Positions 18,533 to 25,651 of a stretch of 35,063 bases of DNA are shown one piece after another. Source of the stretch: a bacterium (lineage in GTDB: Bacteria > Bacillota_I > Bacilli_A > RF39 > UBA660); the NCBI GenBank assembly GCA_963589235.1, contig CAVAJX010000058.1, forward strand, positions 1 to 35,063, read 5' to 3'. The stretch's first letter is position 1; every line of letters begins with the position of its first letter. Both the position numbers and the translations under genes were made by a program. Below the pieces are notes generated by a model that was not told the DNA's origin, ran no database searches, and worked only from the letters and a program-made list of their open reading frames with translations.

Positions 18533-19262
18533 TATTTTTCACCTCTTTACAAAATAATTCATATTCTTCAGTCATGCTTCCATCTTCATTATACATGATA
18601 AAAGGTTTCTCAACTTTAAGACCAGGTTTACCATCCTTCTGACCTTCAACTAAAATTAAAATAGCATCTTTTGACATTTTTTCATATACGAACTGTAATC
18701 TTTTTGGATAAATTCCATTACTTCTAAATAAATCAACAATTTCTAATAAACGTTCTGGTCTATGAACAATGGCAAAGTTTCCACCATTTTTTAATAATTT
18801 TTTAGAAACGCAAAAAACATCACTCAAAGTGACACCAACCTCATGCCTTGCTAATACCTTCTCTTCACTTAAATTAAAATAATTTTTTTCATTCACCTTA
18901 AAATAAGGTGGATTACATGTTAAAACATCAAACTTATCAACATTTGAATCAAATGCAAATTCTTTCATATCCTGATTAACAATAGTAATTTGTTCACTTA
19001 AATTATTAAGTTCTACAGACCTATTAGCCATATCAGCAAGTTTTTTTTGTAGTTCAACACCAATTATTTTTTTATTAGTTCTAAGAGAAAGTATTAAAGG
19101 AATTACACCATTCCCAGTACCTAAATCTAAAATATTTTTATCACGATGCCTAATAGTTACAAAATTTGAAAGCATTACACTATCTAGAGAGAAAGAAAAA
19201 CATTCATCATCCTGAAAAATTTTTCTATTTTTATATCCTAATATATCATTAATTCTTTCCAT
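18519..19262 (-). CDS. trmN6: tRNA1(Val) (adenine37-N6)-methyltransferase family protein (YabB/TrmN6-like)
   Basis: 247 aa with the SAM motif LDLGTGNG and the NPPY motif (CNPPYF). It occupies the position equivalent to B. subtilis yabB. Confidence 0.75.
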   Translation of the reverse strand: MERINDILGYKNRKIFQDDECFSFSLDSVMLSNFVTIRHRDKNILDLGTGNGVIPLILSLRTNKKIIGVELQKKLADMANRSVELNNLSEQITIVNQDMKEFAFDSNVDKFDVLTCNPPYFKVNEKNYFNLSEEKVLARHEVGVTLSDVFCVSKKLLKNGGNFAIVHRPERLLEIVDLFRSNGIYPKRLQFVYEKMSKDAILILVEGQKDGKPGLKVEKPFIMYNEDGSMTEEYELFCKEVKNNESN

Positions 19263-20049
19263 AACTACCTTCTAGTTTAAATTCAACAATACCTTTTTCT
19301 TTCAAATCAACACTATAAGTACGTTTAAAAACATCAATTTCAACAATTTTTCCAATGCCATATTCAGTTTCCATAATAGAACCTAGCTTTGGAAAATCTT
19401 TTTTCAATTCAGTATATACATCATTTTCATAGCCTAAACAACATAATAATCTACCACAAACACCATTAATTTTAGAAGGATTTAAAGCTAAAAACTGATT
19501 TTTTGCCATATTAATTGAAACGCTGTTAAAATCAGTTAAAAATGAATTACAACATAAAAACAAACCACAAGGACCTAGCCCACCAACTCTCTTTGCCTTA
19601 TCTCTAACACCAATTTGTCTAAGCTCAATTCTAGTCTTATATTTTTGTGCCAACTTTTTAGCAAGTTCCCTGAAATCAACTCTATCATCAGCTAAAAATG
19701 AAAACAACAATTGAGATTTATCAAGGTTATAAAAAGCATCCAAAAAATTCATATCTAAATTTAAATCTTTACTTATCTTTTTGGCCTCAATTAACGCCTT
19801 TTCAGCATTTTTCAAATTATCATCATACTGTTTTAAATCTTCATCCGTAGCTTTTCTCACAACTTTATCCAAAGGTAATACAAGATTTTCTTTTTTTTGT
19901 TTATAATTACCTTTTTTAACAGTAGCTAAATGAAACCCATTTTCTGTACTAACAATTACCTTATCACCAACTTCATAATTTGAGTCTCCTGGAGCCAAAA
20001 AATTAATTTGCTTAGTACTATCATAAGTTACACACAATACATCAATCAT
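19249..20049 (-). CDS. ricT: PSP1-domain protein YaaT/RicT (stage 0 sporulation / RNase Y maturation complex)
   Basis: Strong by-eye match to B. subtilis YaaT: DGRVDFRELAK.LA...KTRIELRQIGVRD.AK..GG.GPCG..LCC..FL.DF..VSI.MAK.Q.L.LNP.KI.G.CGRL.CCL.YE. The track start at 20064 is a TTG. I prefer the ATG at 20049. Confidence 0.88.
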   Translation of the reverse strand: MIDVLCVTYDSTKQINFLAPGDSNYEVGDKVIVSTENGFHLATVKKGNYKQKKENLVLPLDKVVRKATDEDLKQYDDNLKNAEKALIEAKKISKDLNLDMNFLDAFYNLDKSQLLFSFLADDRVDFRELAKKLAQKYKTRIELRQIGVRDKAKRVGGLGPCGLFLCCNSFLTDFNSVSINMAKNQFLALNPSKINGVCGRLLCCLGYENDVYTELKKDFPKLGSIMETEYGIGKIVEIDVFKRTYSVDLKEKGIVEFKLEGSYGKN

Positions 20050-20884
20050 TACTACCACCACCAATTAATTTAGCAAACATAGAATCTAACCATAATTTAT
20101 AATTAACATTATATTCCAATTCTTTTAAACCTTTTTGTATAATTTTTAAATCTGACATTACCTGTTTTTTAGAAGCATCTTCAAGACTTTGATACAAAGT
20201 TATATCAGTTTGTAAATATAATAGAAAAACATTTTGAATATGCATAAAATAAGAAAAAGCCTCTAACTTAGTAGGTAAAATAGATAATATTTCATTATAA
20301 TTTGTAAATAATCTATTACCATTCAAAATATATGTAATTAATTTGTTCATATTTTCATTAAAAACAGAATCAAATCTATCAGTACCAATAGTTAATATCT
20401 GACATCTTGATAAAACTGTATCAATAATTTTATATCTATTAGTAGTAAGTAAAATAGCTATAACATCATCAACCGGTTCTTCAAGAAACTTTAGTAGAGT
20501 ATTAGAAGCAAATAAATTCATTTTGTTCGCTTCTTTGATTACATAAATTCTCTTATTATCGAGCATAGATTTATTACCATAATCTCTTATAATTTCAAGA
20601 AGTTGGTTTTTCTTAATTTCTTTACCATCAGGTTCAATATATCTAACATCAGGATAATTAAAATCATCAACTAATTTACATACATTACATTTACTACAAT
20701 TTAAAGCATCAAAAGAAGTACAACCATGCTTACATAAAATTAATTTTATAAAAGCATTTACAAGTACCATATCACTTTCATAATCACATAGTTCTATAAT
20801 ATAGGCATGTGATATTTTCTTATTCTTAATAATGTTTTGAACAAAATTCTCATACTTCTCTTCTTTAGTACTTAACTTTTCCAC
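20042..20884 (-). CDS. holB: DNA polymerase III subunit delta' (HolB)
   Basis: 280 aa. Clamp-loader AAA+-like N-terminus (ISHAYIIE), a Cys cluster (CSKCNVCK) and LLKFLEEP...SRCQ motifs. The GTG start at 20884 is preceded by AGGAGG. Confidence 0.8.
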   Translation of the reverse strand: MEKLSTKEEKYENFVQNIIKNKKISHAYIIELCDYESDMVLVNAFIKLILCKHGCTSFDALNCSKCNVCKLVDDFNYPDVRYIEPDGKEIKKNQLLEIIRDYGNKSMLDNKRIYVIKEANKMNLFASNTLLKFLEEPVDDVIAILLTTNRYKIIDTVLSRCQILTIGTDRFDSVFNENMNKLITYILNGNRLFTNYNEILSILPTKLEAFSYFMHIQNVFLLYLQTDITLYQSLEDASKKQVMSDLKIIQKGLKELEYNVNYKLWLDSMFAKLIGGGSND

Positions 20885-20897
20885 GAAAAATAACCTC

Positions 20898-21083
20898 CTA
20901 TAAGGCCAATATTTTAAACAAAACTAAAGCAATCAAAGCAGGACTACCCAAAAAAGTAATAAAGCCTAATGTGTAAACATTGATTGGAATAATCATATTA
21001 AAATTGACAGCTATTAAATTATAACCATACAAAATAAAGGCACTTAAAATAATTTTTTTTACTACAAATAATATAAATTTCAT
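20898..21083 (-). CDS. bofA: BofA-like small membrane protein (inhibitor of pro-sigma-K processing family)
   Basis: 61 aa with two TM segments. The C-terminal IPINVYTLGFITFLGSPALIALVLFK resembles B. subtilis BofA (VPINLVT...GILGIPGIAALVVIK). It lies downstream of recR, as in Bacillus. Confidence 0.6.
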   Translation of the reverse strand: MKFILFVVKKIILSAFILYGYNLIAVNFNMIIPINVYTLGFITFLGSPALIALVLFKILAL

Positions 21084-21125
21084 AACAATATCTCCTCAGT
21101 AGAAGATTATGAACAAAATAAATTA

Positions 21126-21722
21126 TTATTCTATTTCTTTTCGATCAATTAATGCTCTTTCTAACGTTAATTTATCTACATACTCCATATCAGCACCTAT
21201 TGGTAAACCAGATGCTAGTCTACTAACAACAACATCCATATCAGATAAGATCTTTTTTATGTATAAAGCCGTAGTCTCCCCTTCAATACTAGGTTTGAAA
21301 GCTAAAATAATTTCTTTAAATTTATCTTTTGAAATTCTTTCAATAAGCTTATTAAGTCCTATATCTTCAGGATTAACACCATCTAAAGGAGAAATAAGAC
21401 CATCTAATACATGATAATATCCATTAAACATTCCTAGTTTTTCAAACAAAAATACACTTTTGGTATCATCAACAACACATAAAATCTCATTATCTCTTAA
21501 ACTATTACTACACACAAAGCAAACATCATTTTCTGTTAAAGTATTACAAATAGAACACTTTTTAATCTTACTTTTTACATCAAGTAGACTTTGAGAAAAA
21601 AGTTCACATTGATCCTCATCAAACTCTAAAACAGCAAACGCCAAACGTTCAGCTGTTTTTTCACCAATACCTGGTAAATACTTAAAAGATTCAATTAAAT
21701 TTTTTAAACTATCAGGATACAT
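21126..21722 (-). CDS. recR: Recombination protein RecR
   Basis: 198 aa with a helix-hairpin-helix N-terminus (LPGIGEKTAERLAF), a C4 zinc finger (C..C......C..C) and a Toprim domain. Confidence 0.93.
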   Translation of the reverse strand: MYPDSLKNLIESFKYLPGIGEKTAERLAFAVLEFDEDQCELFSQSLLDVKSKIKKCSICNTLTENDVCFVCSNSLRDNEILCVVDDTKSVFLFEKLGMFNGYYHVLDGLISPLDGVNPEDIGLNKLIERISKDKFKEIILAFKPSIEGETTALYIKKILSDMDVVVSRLASGLPIGADMEYVDKLTLERALIDRKEIE

Positions 21723-21724
21723 AA

Positions 21725-22021
21725 CTAAAATAATCCAGGAATATTAGCAAATTTTCCCATTTTCTTTTCAGTTTCGTCATCTATTTTCTTTAATGCATCT
21801 TTAAAAGCAACAGTAATCATATCTTCTAACATTTCTATATCATCAGAAGTTAAATCAGAATTTTTATCTATTTCAACACTTTTAATATCTTTTGATCCCA
21901 ATAAAGTAATCTTTACTAAAGAACTTTCTCCAACAAATTCTTTCTCATCAATTTCCTTTTTTGCTTTCATCATATCTTTTTGCAAAGCTTGTGCTTGCTT
22001 CATCATAGCTTGTATATTCAT
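21725..22021 (-). CDS. ybaB: Nucleoid-associated protein YbaB/EbfC
   Basis: 98 aa beginning MNIQAMMKQAQALQKDM. It has the conserved position between dnaX and recR. Confidence 0.88.
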   Translation of the reverse strand: MNIQAMMKQAQALQKDMMKAKKEIDEKEFVGESSLVKITLLGSKDIKSVEIDKNSDLTSDDIEMLEDMITVAFKDALKKIDDETEKKMGKFANIPGLF

Positions 22022-22038
22022 ATTTATTCTCCTTTATA

Positions 22039-23721
22039 TTAATCAATTTCAACAATATCACCAAATAGATTTATCGCATCATTAGATATTATATCACTTT
22101 TTTCACTTTCATCCAATAACTCTTCCTTTGGTTCTTCAATAATTTTATATGAGCCACCAGACTTAATTACACTTATATAATTCTTTTTTTCTGTTTCCCA
22201 GTCAGAATCACTTATAATAGCAATAGCATAATTGGTATTACAAATTTTATTATAAATTTCTGTAATTTTCTTTATATTAGAAATATTTTGTTTAACTATT
22301 GAATCATATTCGTAGCTAAGAATAAACCCATCAGAACTAGCAGCACGAACATTTGCATCCAATAAAGCACATGCAGCAAATCCTATTTCGGTATCGAAAG
22401 TATAATCATTAAATATATTCATATTATCAATTGTTGATTTTAAAATATTTTTATTAGCTTGAGCCATAATATTATTTACTCTAGCCTTCATAATATCATC
22501 AATATTAAGAGGAACCAAACTTTTTACAGCAAAATCAGTAGAAACTATATTAGTTTCATTGCTGCGAACATTAGTTTGTTTTTTTTCTGCTGTATCTTTA
22601 TTTTCAACATTTTTATTACTTTCAGTTTTAACATTAGACTCAGGCAAAATTATTTCCCGGGAAATAATTTTAGTTTCACCAGCAGAAATTTTATTACTAC
22701 AAAAATCAACTAAAAACATCTCAATATAAATTCTAGGATTATCAGCTCGTTTAATTTCAAACAAATTATTATTTATTTCATTTACTAAAGAAAGTACTAC
22801 ATTAACAGAATAATCACACTTAGTATTATTAACATAATAATCCACAACAATATTACGTAAATAATTCATCAGTTGAACAATAACTTGAACCAAGTTTTTA
22901 CCTGAATCATTATAATTATCCAAAGATGATAATACATTAGGAATATCAGCTTCAAAAATACATTTGGAAAATTTTTCCAATTCATCTTTAGTTATAATGC
23001 CATTAAGCTCTGCAAAAGACTCCTCCGTAATTTTTTTATCAGTATAAGAACTAAGCTTATCAAGTAATCCAAGTGCATCTCTCATACCACCATCACAAAA
23101 AGATGAAATTTCATTTAAAACTTTAGAATCAATTGAAATATTTTCTTTTTCCACAATGCTTTTTAAACGATTAACTATAGAGCTTTCTGAAATTCTTTTA
23201 AATGAAAAGCATTGACAGCGTGAAATAATAGTTTCAGGAACTTTTTGTGGATCAGTAGTCGCTAAAATAAATATTGCGTGTTCAGGTGGTTCTTCTAATG
23301 TTTTTAACAATGCATTAAACGCACCAATTGAAAGCATATGAACTTCATCTATTATATAAACTTTATATTTAAGTTCAGCTGGAACTAACGAAATTTTACT
23401 CTTTAATTCTCTAATTTCATCAACACCATTGTTACTGGCTGCATCTATTTCTATAATATCAACACATTCCTTTTCCATTGAATGAATACAATTATCACAC
23501 TCATTGCATGGACCAGACTCAGTTGGATTACTACAATTTACAGCTCGAGCAAATATTTTAGAAATAGTTGTTTTACCAGTTCCTCTAGGTCCAAAAAACA
23601 TATAAGCATGTGTAAATGTTTTATTAATAATCGAATTTTTTAAAGTAGTAACAATAACATCTTGTCCAACTACATCATCAAAATTACTAGGTCGATATTT
23701 TCTATATAATGCATGATACAT
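22039..23721 (-). CDS. dnaX: DNA polymerase III subunit gamma/tau
   Basis: 560 aa. It has YRP..F..VVGQ, Walker A GPRGTGKTT, a zinc module C..C..C, DEVHML and SRCQ motifs. Confidence 0.95.
   Translation of the reverse strand: MYHALYRKYRPSNFDDVVGQDVIVTTLKNSIINKTFTHAYMFFGPRGTGKTTISKIFARAVNCSNPTESGPCNECDNCIHSMEKECVDIIEIDAASNNGVDEIRELKSKISLVPAELKYKVYIIDEVHMLSIGAFNALLKTLEEPPEHAIFILATTDPQKVPETIISRCQCFSFKRISESSIVNRLKSIVEKENISIDSKVLNEISSFCDGGMRDALGLLDKLSSYTDKKITEESFAELNGIITKDELEKFSKCIFEADIPNVLSSLDNYNDSGKNLVQVIVQLMNYLRNIVVDYYVNNTKCDYSVNVVLSLVNEINNNLFEIKRADNPRIYIEMFLVDFCSNKISAGETKIISREIILPESNVKTESNKNVENKDTAEKKQTNVRSNETNIVSTDFAVKSLVPLNIDDIMKARVNNIMAQANKNILKSTIDNMNIFNDYTFDTEIGFAACALLDANVRAASSDGFILSYEYDSIVKQNISNIKKITEIYNKICNTNYAIAIISDSDWETEKKNYISVIKSGGSYKIIEEPKEELLDESEKSDIISNDAINLFGDIVEID
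22647..22670. promoter_or_regulatory. Perfect Noc-binding-site (NBS) type palindrome inside the dnaX coding sequence
   Basis: AAATTATTTCCCGGGAAATAATTT is identical over 24 bp to the intergenic copies at 24701 and 25058. The core TATTTCCCGGGAAATA lies at 22651-22666. It encodes the palindromic peptide K-I-I-S-R-E-I-I in the dnaX linker. Confidence 0.8.
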
Positions 23722-23762
23722 AATAACACCCCACTACAAAAATTATATCATATATACGTTAA

Positions 23763-24212
23763 CTATTTTATTCTTTTTGATGAAAAAAACTTTTTTAACA
23801 AAGAAGAAACTTCTTCAACACATAAATTTGTTTCAAAGTTAACACCAGGATTAGTATTATCTGCTGAAAATATTTTTTCCACAACTAAAGTATTTTCAAT
23901 ATCAGAGTTAGTTAACCCACAATAAACATTTTTTATTCTAGACTGCTTAATAGCACTGGCACACATAGGACAAGGATTTAAGGTAATATACATATCACAG
24001 TCTTCTAATCGCCAATTATTAATTTTTTTGCAAGCTTCTTCTATAGCAAGCATTTCAGCATGAAAAATAGAACACTTTCTCTTTTCCTTTTCATTATGAG
24101 CCATTGCTAAAACTCTATTATCCTTAATTATAACAGCACCAACCGGTACTTCATCTTCAAAAAATGCCTTTTCAGCCTCTTTTAAAGCTAATTTCATATA
24201 TTTATTATTCAT
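23763..24212 (-). CDS. tadA: tRNA adenosine(34) deaminase TadA
   Basis: 149 aa with the CDA zinc motifs HAEMLAI and PCPMCASA. Confidence 0.92.
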   Translation of the reverse strand: MNNKYMKLALKEAEKAFFEDEVPVGAVIIKDNRVLAMAHNEKEKRKCSIFHAEMLAIEEACKKINNWRLEDCDMYITLNPCPMCASAIKQSRIKNVYCGLTNSDIENTLVVEKIFSADNTNPGVNFETNLCVEEVSSLLKKFFSSKRIK

Positions 24213-24238
24213 ATAATCACCCTATAAAAACAAAAAAA

Positions 24239-24310
24239 GTGCACATGAGAATTTAAATGTTAAGGCTGCTACCTTCCGATCCTGACCTGATTCCACCGTT
24301 CTCATTGCAC
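24239..24310 (-). ncRNA. ffs: Small (4.5S-like) signal recognition particle RNA
   Basis: Minus strand reads GUGCAAUGAGAACGGUGGAAUCAGGUCAGGAUCGGAAGGUAGCAGCCUUAACAUUUAAAUUCUCAUGUGCAC. It contains the universally conserved domain IV motif CAGGUCAGG..CGGAAGG.AGCAGCC with the GGAA tetraloop. The 5' and 3' ends pair (GUGCAAUGAGAA / UUCUCAUGUGCAC). A T7 run follows immediately. Confidence 0.85.
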
Positions 24311-24316
24311 AAATTA

Positions 24317-24345
24317 ATTCTAATATATATATTTTATTTTGTAAA
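24317..24345 (-). promoter_or_regulatory. Putative sigma-A promoter of the SRP RNA
   Basis: Minus strand reads TTTACA (24345-24340), a 17-bp spacer, then TAGAAT (24322-24317). A further 6 nt leads to the G at 24310 that starts the predicted RNA helix. Confidence 0.55.
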
Positions 24346-24385
24346 CATAATTAATAATTCTACACAATAATTAATTAAAATATTC

Positions 24386-24405
24386 AATGTTTCACGTGAA
24401 ACATT
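24386..24405. promoter_or_regulatory. parS: parS site 1 (ParB/Spo0J centromere consensus, 16/16)
   Basis: 20-bp perfect palindrome AATGTTTCACGTGAAACATT. The core TGTTTCACGTGAAACA lies at 24388-24403. Confidence 0.85.
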
Positions 24406-24504
24406 ATAGTAAACAGTGCAAAAACATTTTCTTATTTATAAAAAAAGAAATAAATTAAATATACATAAACAAAATTGCTTATAGTTAAATATAAATCTAT
24501 TTTA

Positions 24505-24520
24505 TGTTTCAAATAAAACA
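24505..24520. promoter_or_regulatory. Decayed parS-like site (13/16)
   Basis: TGTTTCAAATAAAACA sits inside a 10-bp-arm AT-rich inverted repeat (24500-24525). All three differences from parS are G/C-to-A changes in the central CACGTG. Confidence 0.35.
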
Positions 24521-24643
24521 TAAAAAAAGTACTATTAAACAAATTATATTATTCAAAAATAAGCATACATTTATCTGCGATATTTTAATTTAATTATATA
24601 TAAAATTAAAGCAATAATTAGCTGATCTTAATAAAATAATACT

Positions 24644-24663
24644 AATGTTTCACGTGAAACATT
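24644..24663. promoter_or_regulatory. parS: parS site 2 (16/16)
   Basis: AATGTTTCACGTGAAACATT (a 22-bp palindrome with flanks). The core lies at 24646-24661. Confidence 0.88.
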
Positions 24664-24700
24664 AAATAAATAATTTAAAATAGCTAGTTTCAACTACATT

Positions 24701-24724
24701 AAATTATTTCCCGGGAAATAATTT
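24701..24724. promoter_or_regulatory. NBS (Noc-binding-site consensus, 16/16), partner of parS site 2
   Basis: AAATTATTTCCCGGGAAATAATTT (a 28-bp perfect palindrome with flanks). The core TATTTCCCGGGAAATA lies at 24705-24720. Its centre is 59 bp from the centre of parS 2. Confidence 0.85.
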
Positions 24725-25001
24725 AAGCATATTTAAACCGAAATTATTACATTAATTATTAAAATTAAAATAACAAATCAAATATATTTTCTTATAAAAA
24801 TAACCAATAAAAAAAAATAATATTAATATTTAAAATATAAAATTGATTAAAAATCAAAGTTTAAATATAAATATTAAAAAAAATACCATATTTGATATAT
24901 ATACCATACACACATAAACTAAATTATGGTTTCTATTATTTTTAATCAATAATAAATTTTTTATTTACTAACAAATATTACTTATATCAGTATACATTTT
25001 C

Positions 25002-25021
25002 AATGTTTCACGTGAAACATT
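25002..25021. promoter_or_regulatory. parS: parS site 3 (16/16)
   Basis: AATGTTTCACGTGAAACATT (a 22-bp palindrome with flanks). The core lies at 25004-25019. Confidence 0.88.
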
Positions 25022-25057
25022 GGATAAAAACATAATAATAATATCTTTTAGTAGCCT

Positions 25058-25081
25058 AAATTATTTCCCGGGAAATAATTT
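25058..25081. promoter_or_regulatory. NBS (16/16), partner of parS site 3
   Basis: AAATTATTTCCCGGGAAATAATTT (a 28-bp perfect palindrome, CTAAATT...AATTTAG). The core lies at 25062-25077. Its centre is 58 bp from the centre of parS 3. Confidence 0.85.
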
Positions 25082-25246
25082 AGATGAATTATAAAGTAAA
25101 TTTGCATATGATCATAAAAGTTTAAATATATTTATATAGTATTACACTTATAAACTTTAAAGAACTAAATTGTAATTTTTAGCATTTTTAAACAACAATA
25201 TTTCATTATTTAATATCAAACATTACTATTAAATTATAATATTGCT

Positions 25247-25264
25247 ATGTTTCACGTGAAACAT
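25247..25264. promoter_or_regulatory. parS: parS site 4 (16/16)
   Basis: ATGTTTCACGTGAAACAT. The core lies at 25248-25263. Confidence 0.85.
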
Positions 25265-25300
25265 TAAATAATCAAATAGATGAAACAAATCTAGTTATCA

Positions 25301-25323
25301 AAATCATTTCCTAAAAATAATTT
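25301..25323. promoter_or_regulatory. Decayed NBS, partner of parS site 4
   Basis: AAATCATTTCCTAAAAATAATTT. The flanks and the ATTTCC half are retained. The central CGGG is eroded to TAA with a 1-nt deletion. It sits at the expected offset of about 56-57 bp. Confidence 0.5.
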
Positions 25324-25426
25324 AAACAATTAACAATGAAAAAATACGTATCGTGTAAAAACTAAAAGACATATAAATTAAGTACAATTATTAATATAGT
25401 AAAAGCTAAATTAATAAATTGATATC

Positions 25427-25446
25427 AATTTTTCAAGTGAAACATT
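25427..25446. promoter_or_regulatory. Decayed parS site 5 (14/16)
   Basis: AATTTTTCAAGTGAAACATT. It has two G/C-to-T/A substitutions in the left half-site. The core lies at 25429-25444. Confidence 0.5.
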
Positions 25447-25483
25447 ACGATTTTACTAAACAAATAAGTAAAAATACACATGT

Positions 25484-25506
25484 AAATTATTTCCCGGGAA
25501 ATAATT
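25484..25506. promoter_or_regulatory. NBS (16/16), partner of decayed parS site 5
   Basis: AAATTATTTCCCGGGAAATAATT. The core lies at 25488-25503. Its centre is 59 bp from the centre of parS 5. Confidence 0.8.
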
Positions 25507-25651
25507 CATCACTAAAACAAAAAATAAATACTGATACATACATAGTAAAAAAAATATTAAAATAATAAAAATAAATTCTAAATTGATCAGAAAATATTCA
25601 AAAAACTTTTTTCCACAAGTAAAATTATGTAAAATTTATCGATAAAAACAC

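Larger units (their letters stand above)
24386..25506. repeat. Array of composite parS + NBS modules (intact and decayed) in a gene-free AT-rich gap
   Basis: Two distinct long palindromes recur in the same order and with the same spacing. See the individual site features and findings. Confidence 0.9.

Noticed and set aside
24701-24724. The CCCGGG palindromes could be intrinsic terminators, and the parS-to-NBS units could be small RNA genes running from a 5' hairpin to a 3' hairpin.
   Set aside because: Neither strand has a proper T-run after the hairpin. The stems are almost all A/T apart from the core. I could not find consistent -35/-10 elements at a fixed distance. An exact match to the Noc-binding consensus explains the conservation better. 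RNA-seq would be needed to exclude transcription fully.
25416-25431. A perfect 16-bp palindrome, AAATTGATATCAATTT, overlaps the left arm of decayed parS 5.
   Set aside because: It is a single copy in the window and made purely of A/T plus a GATATC core. Chance palindromes of this kind are common in such AT-rich DNA. I found no second copy to support a site family.
24386-25506. The repeated palindromes could be a CRISPR array.
   Set aside because: Two different palindromes alternate. The intervals between modules are irregular (about 117 to 358 bp). The repeats are perfect palindromes matching known protein-binding consensus sequences. No cas genes or leader are nearby.
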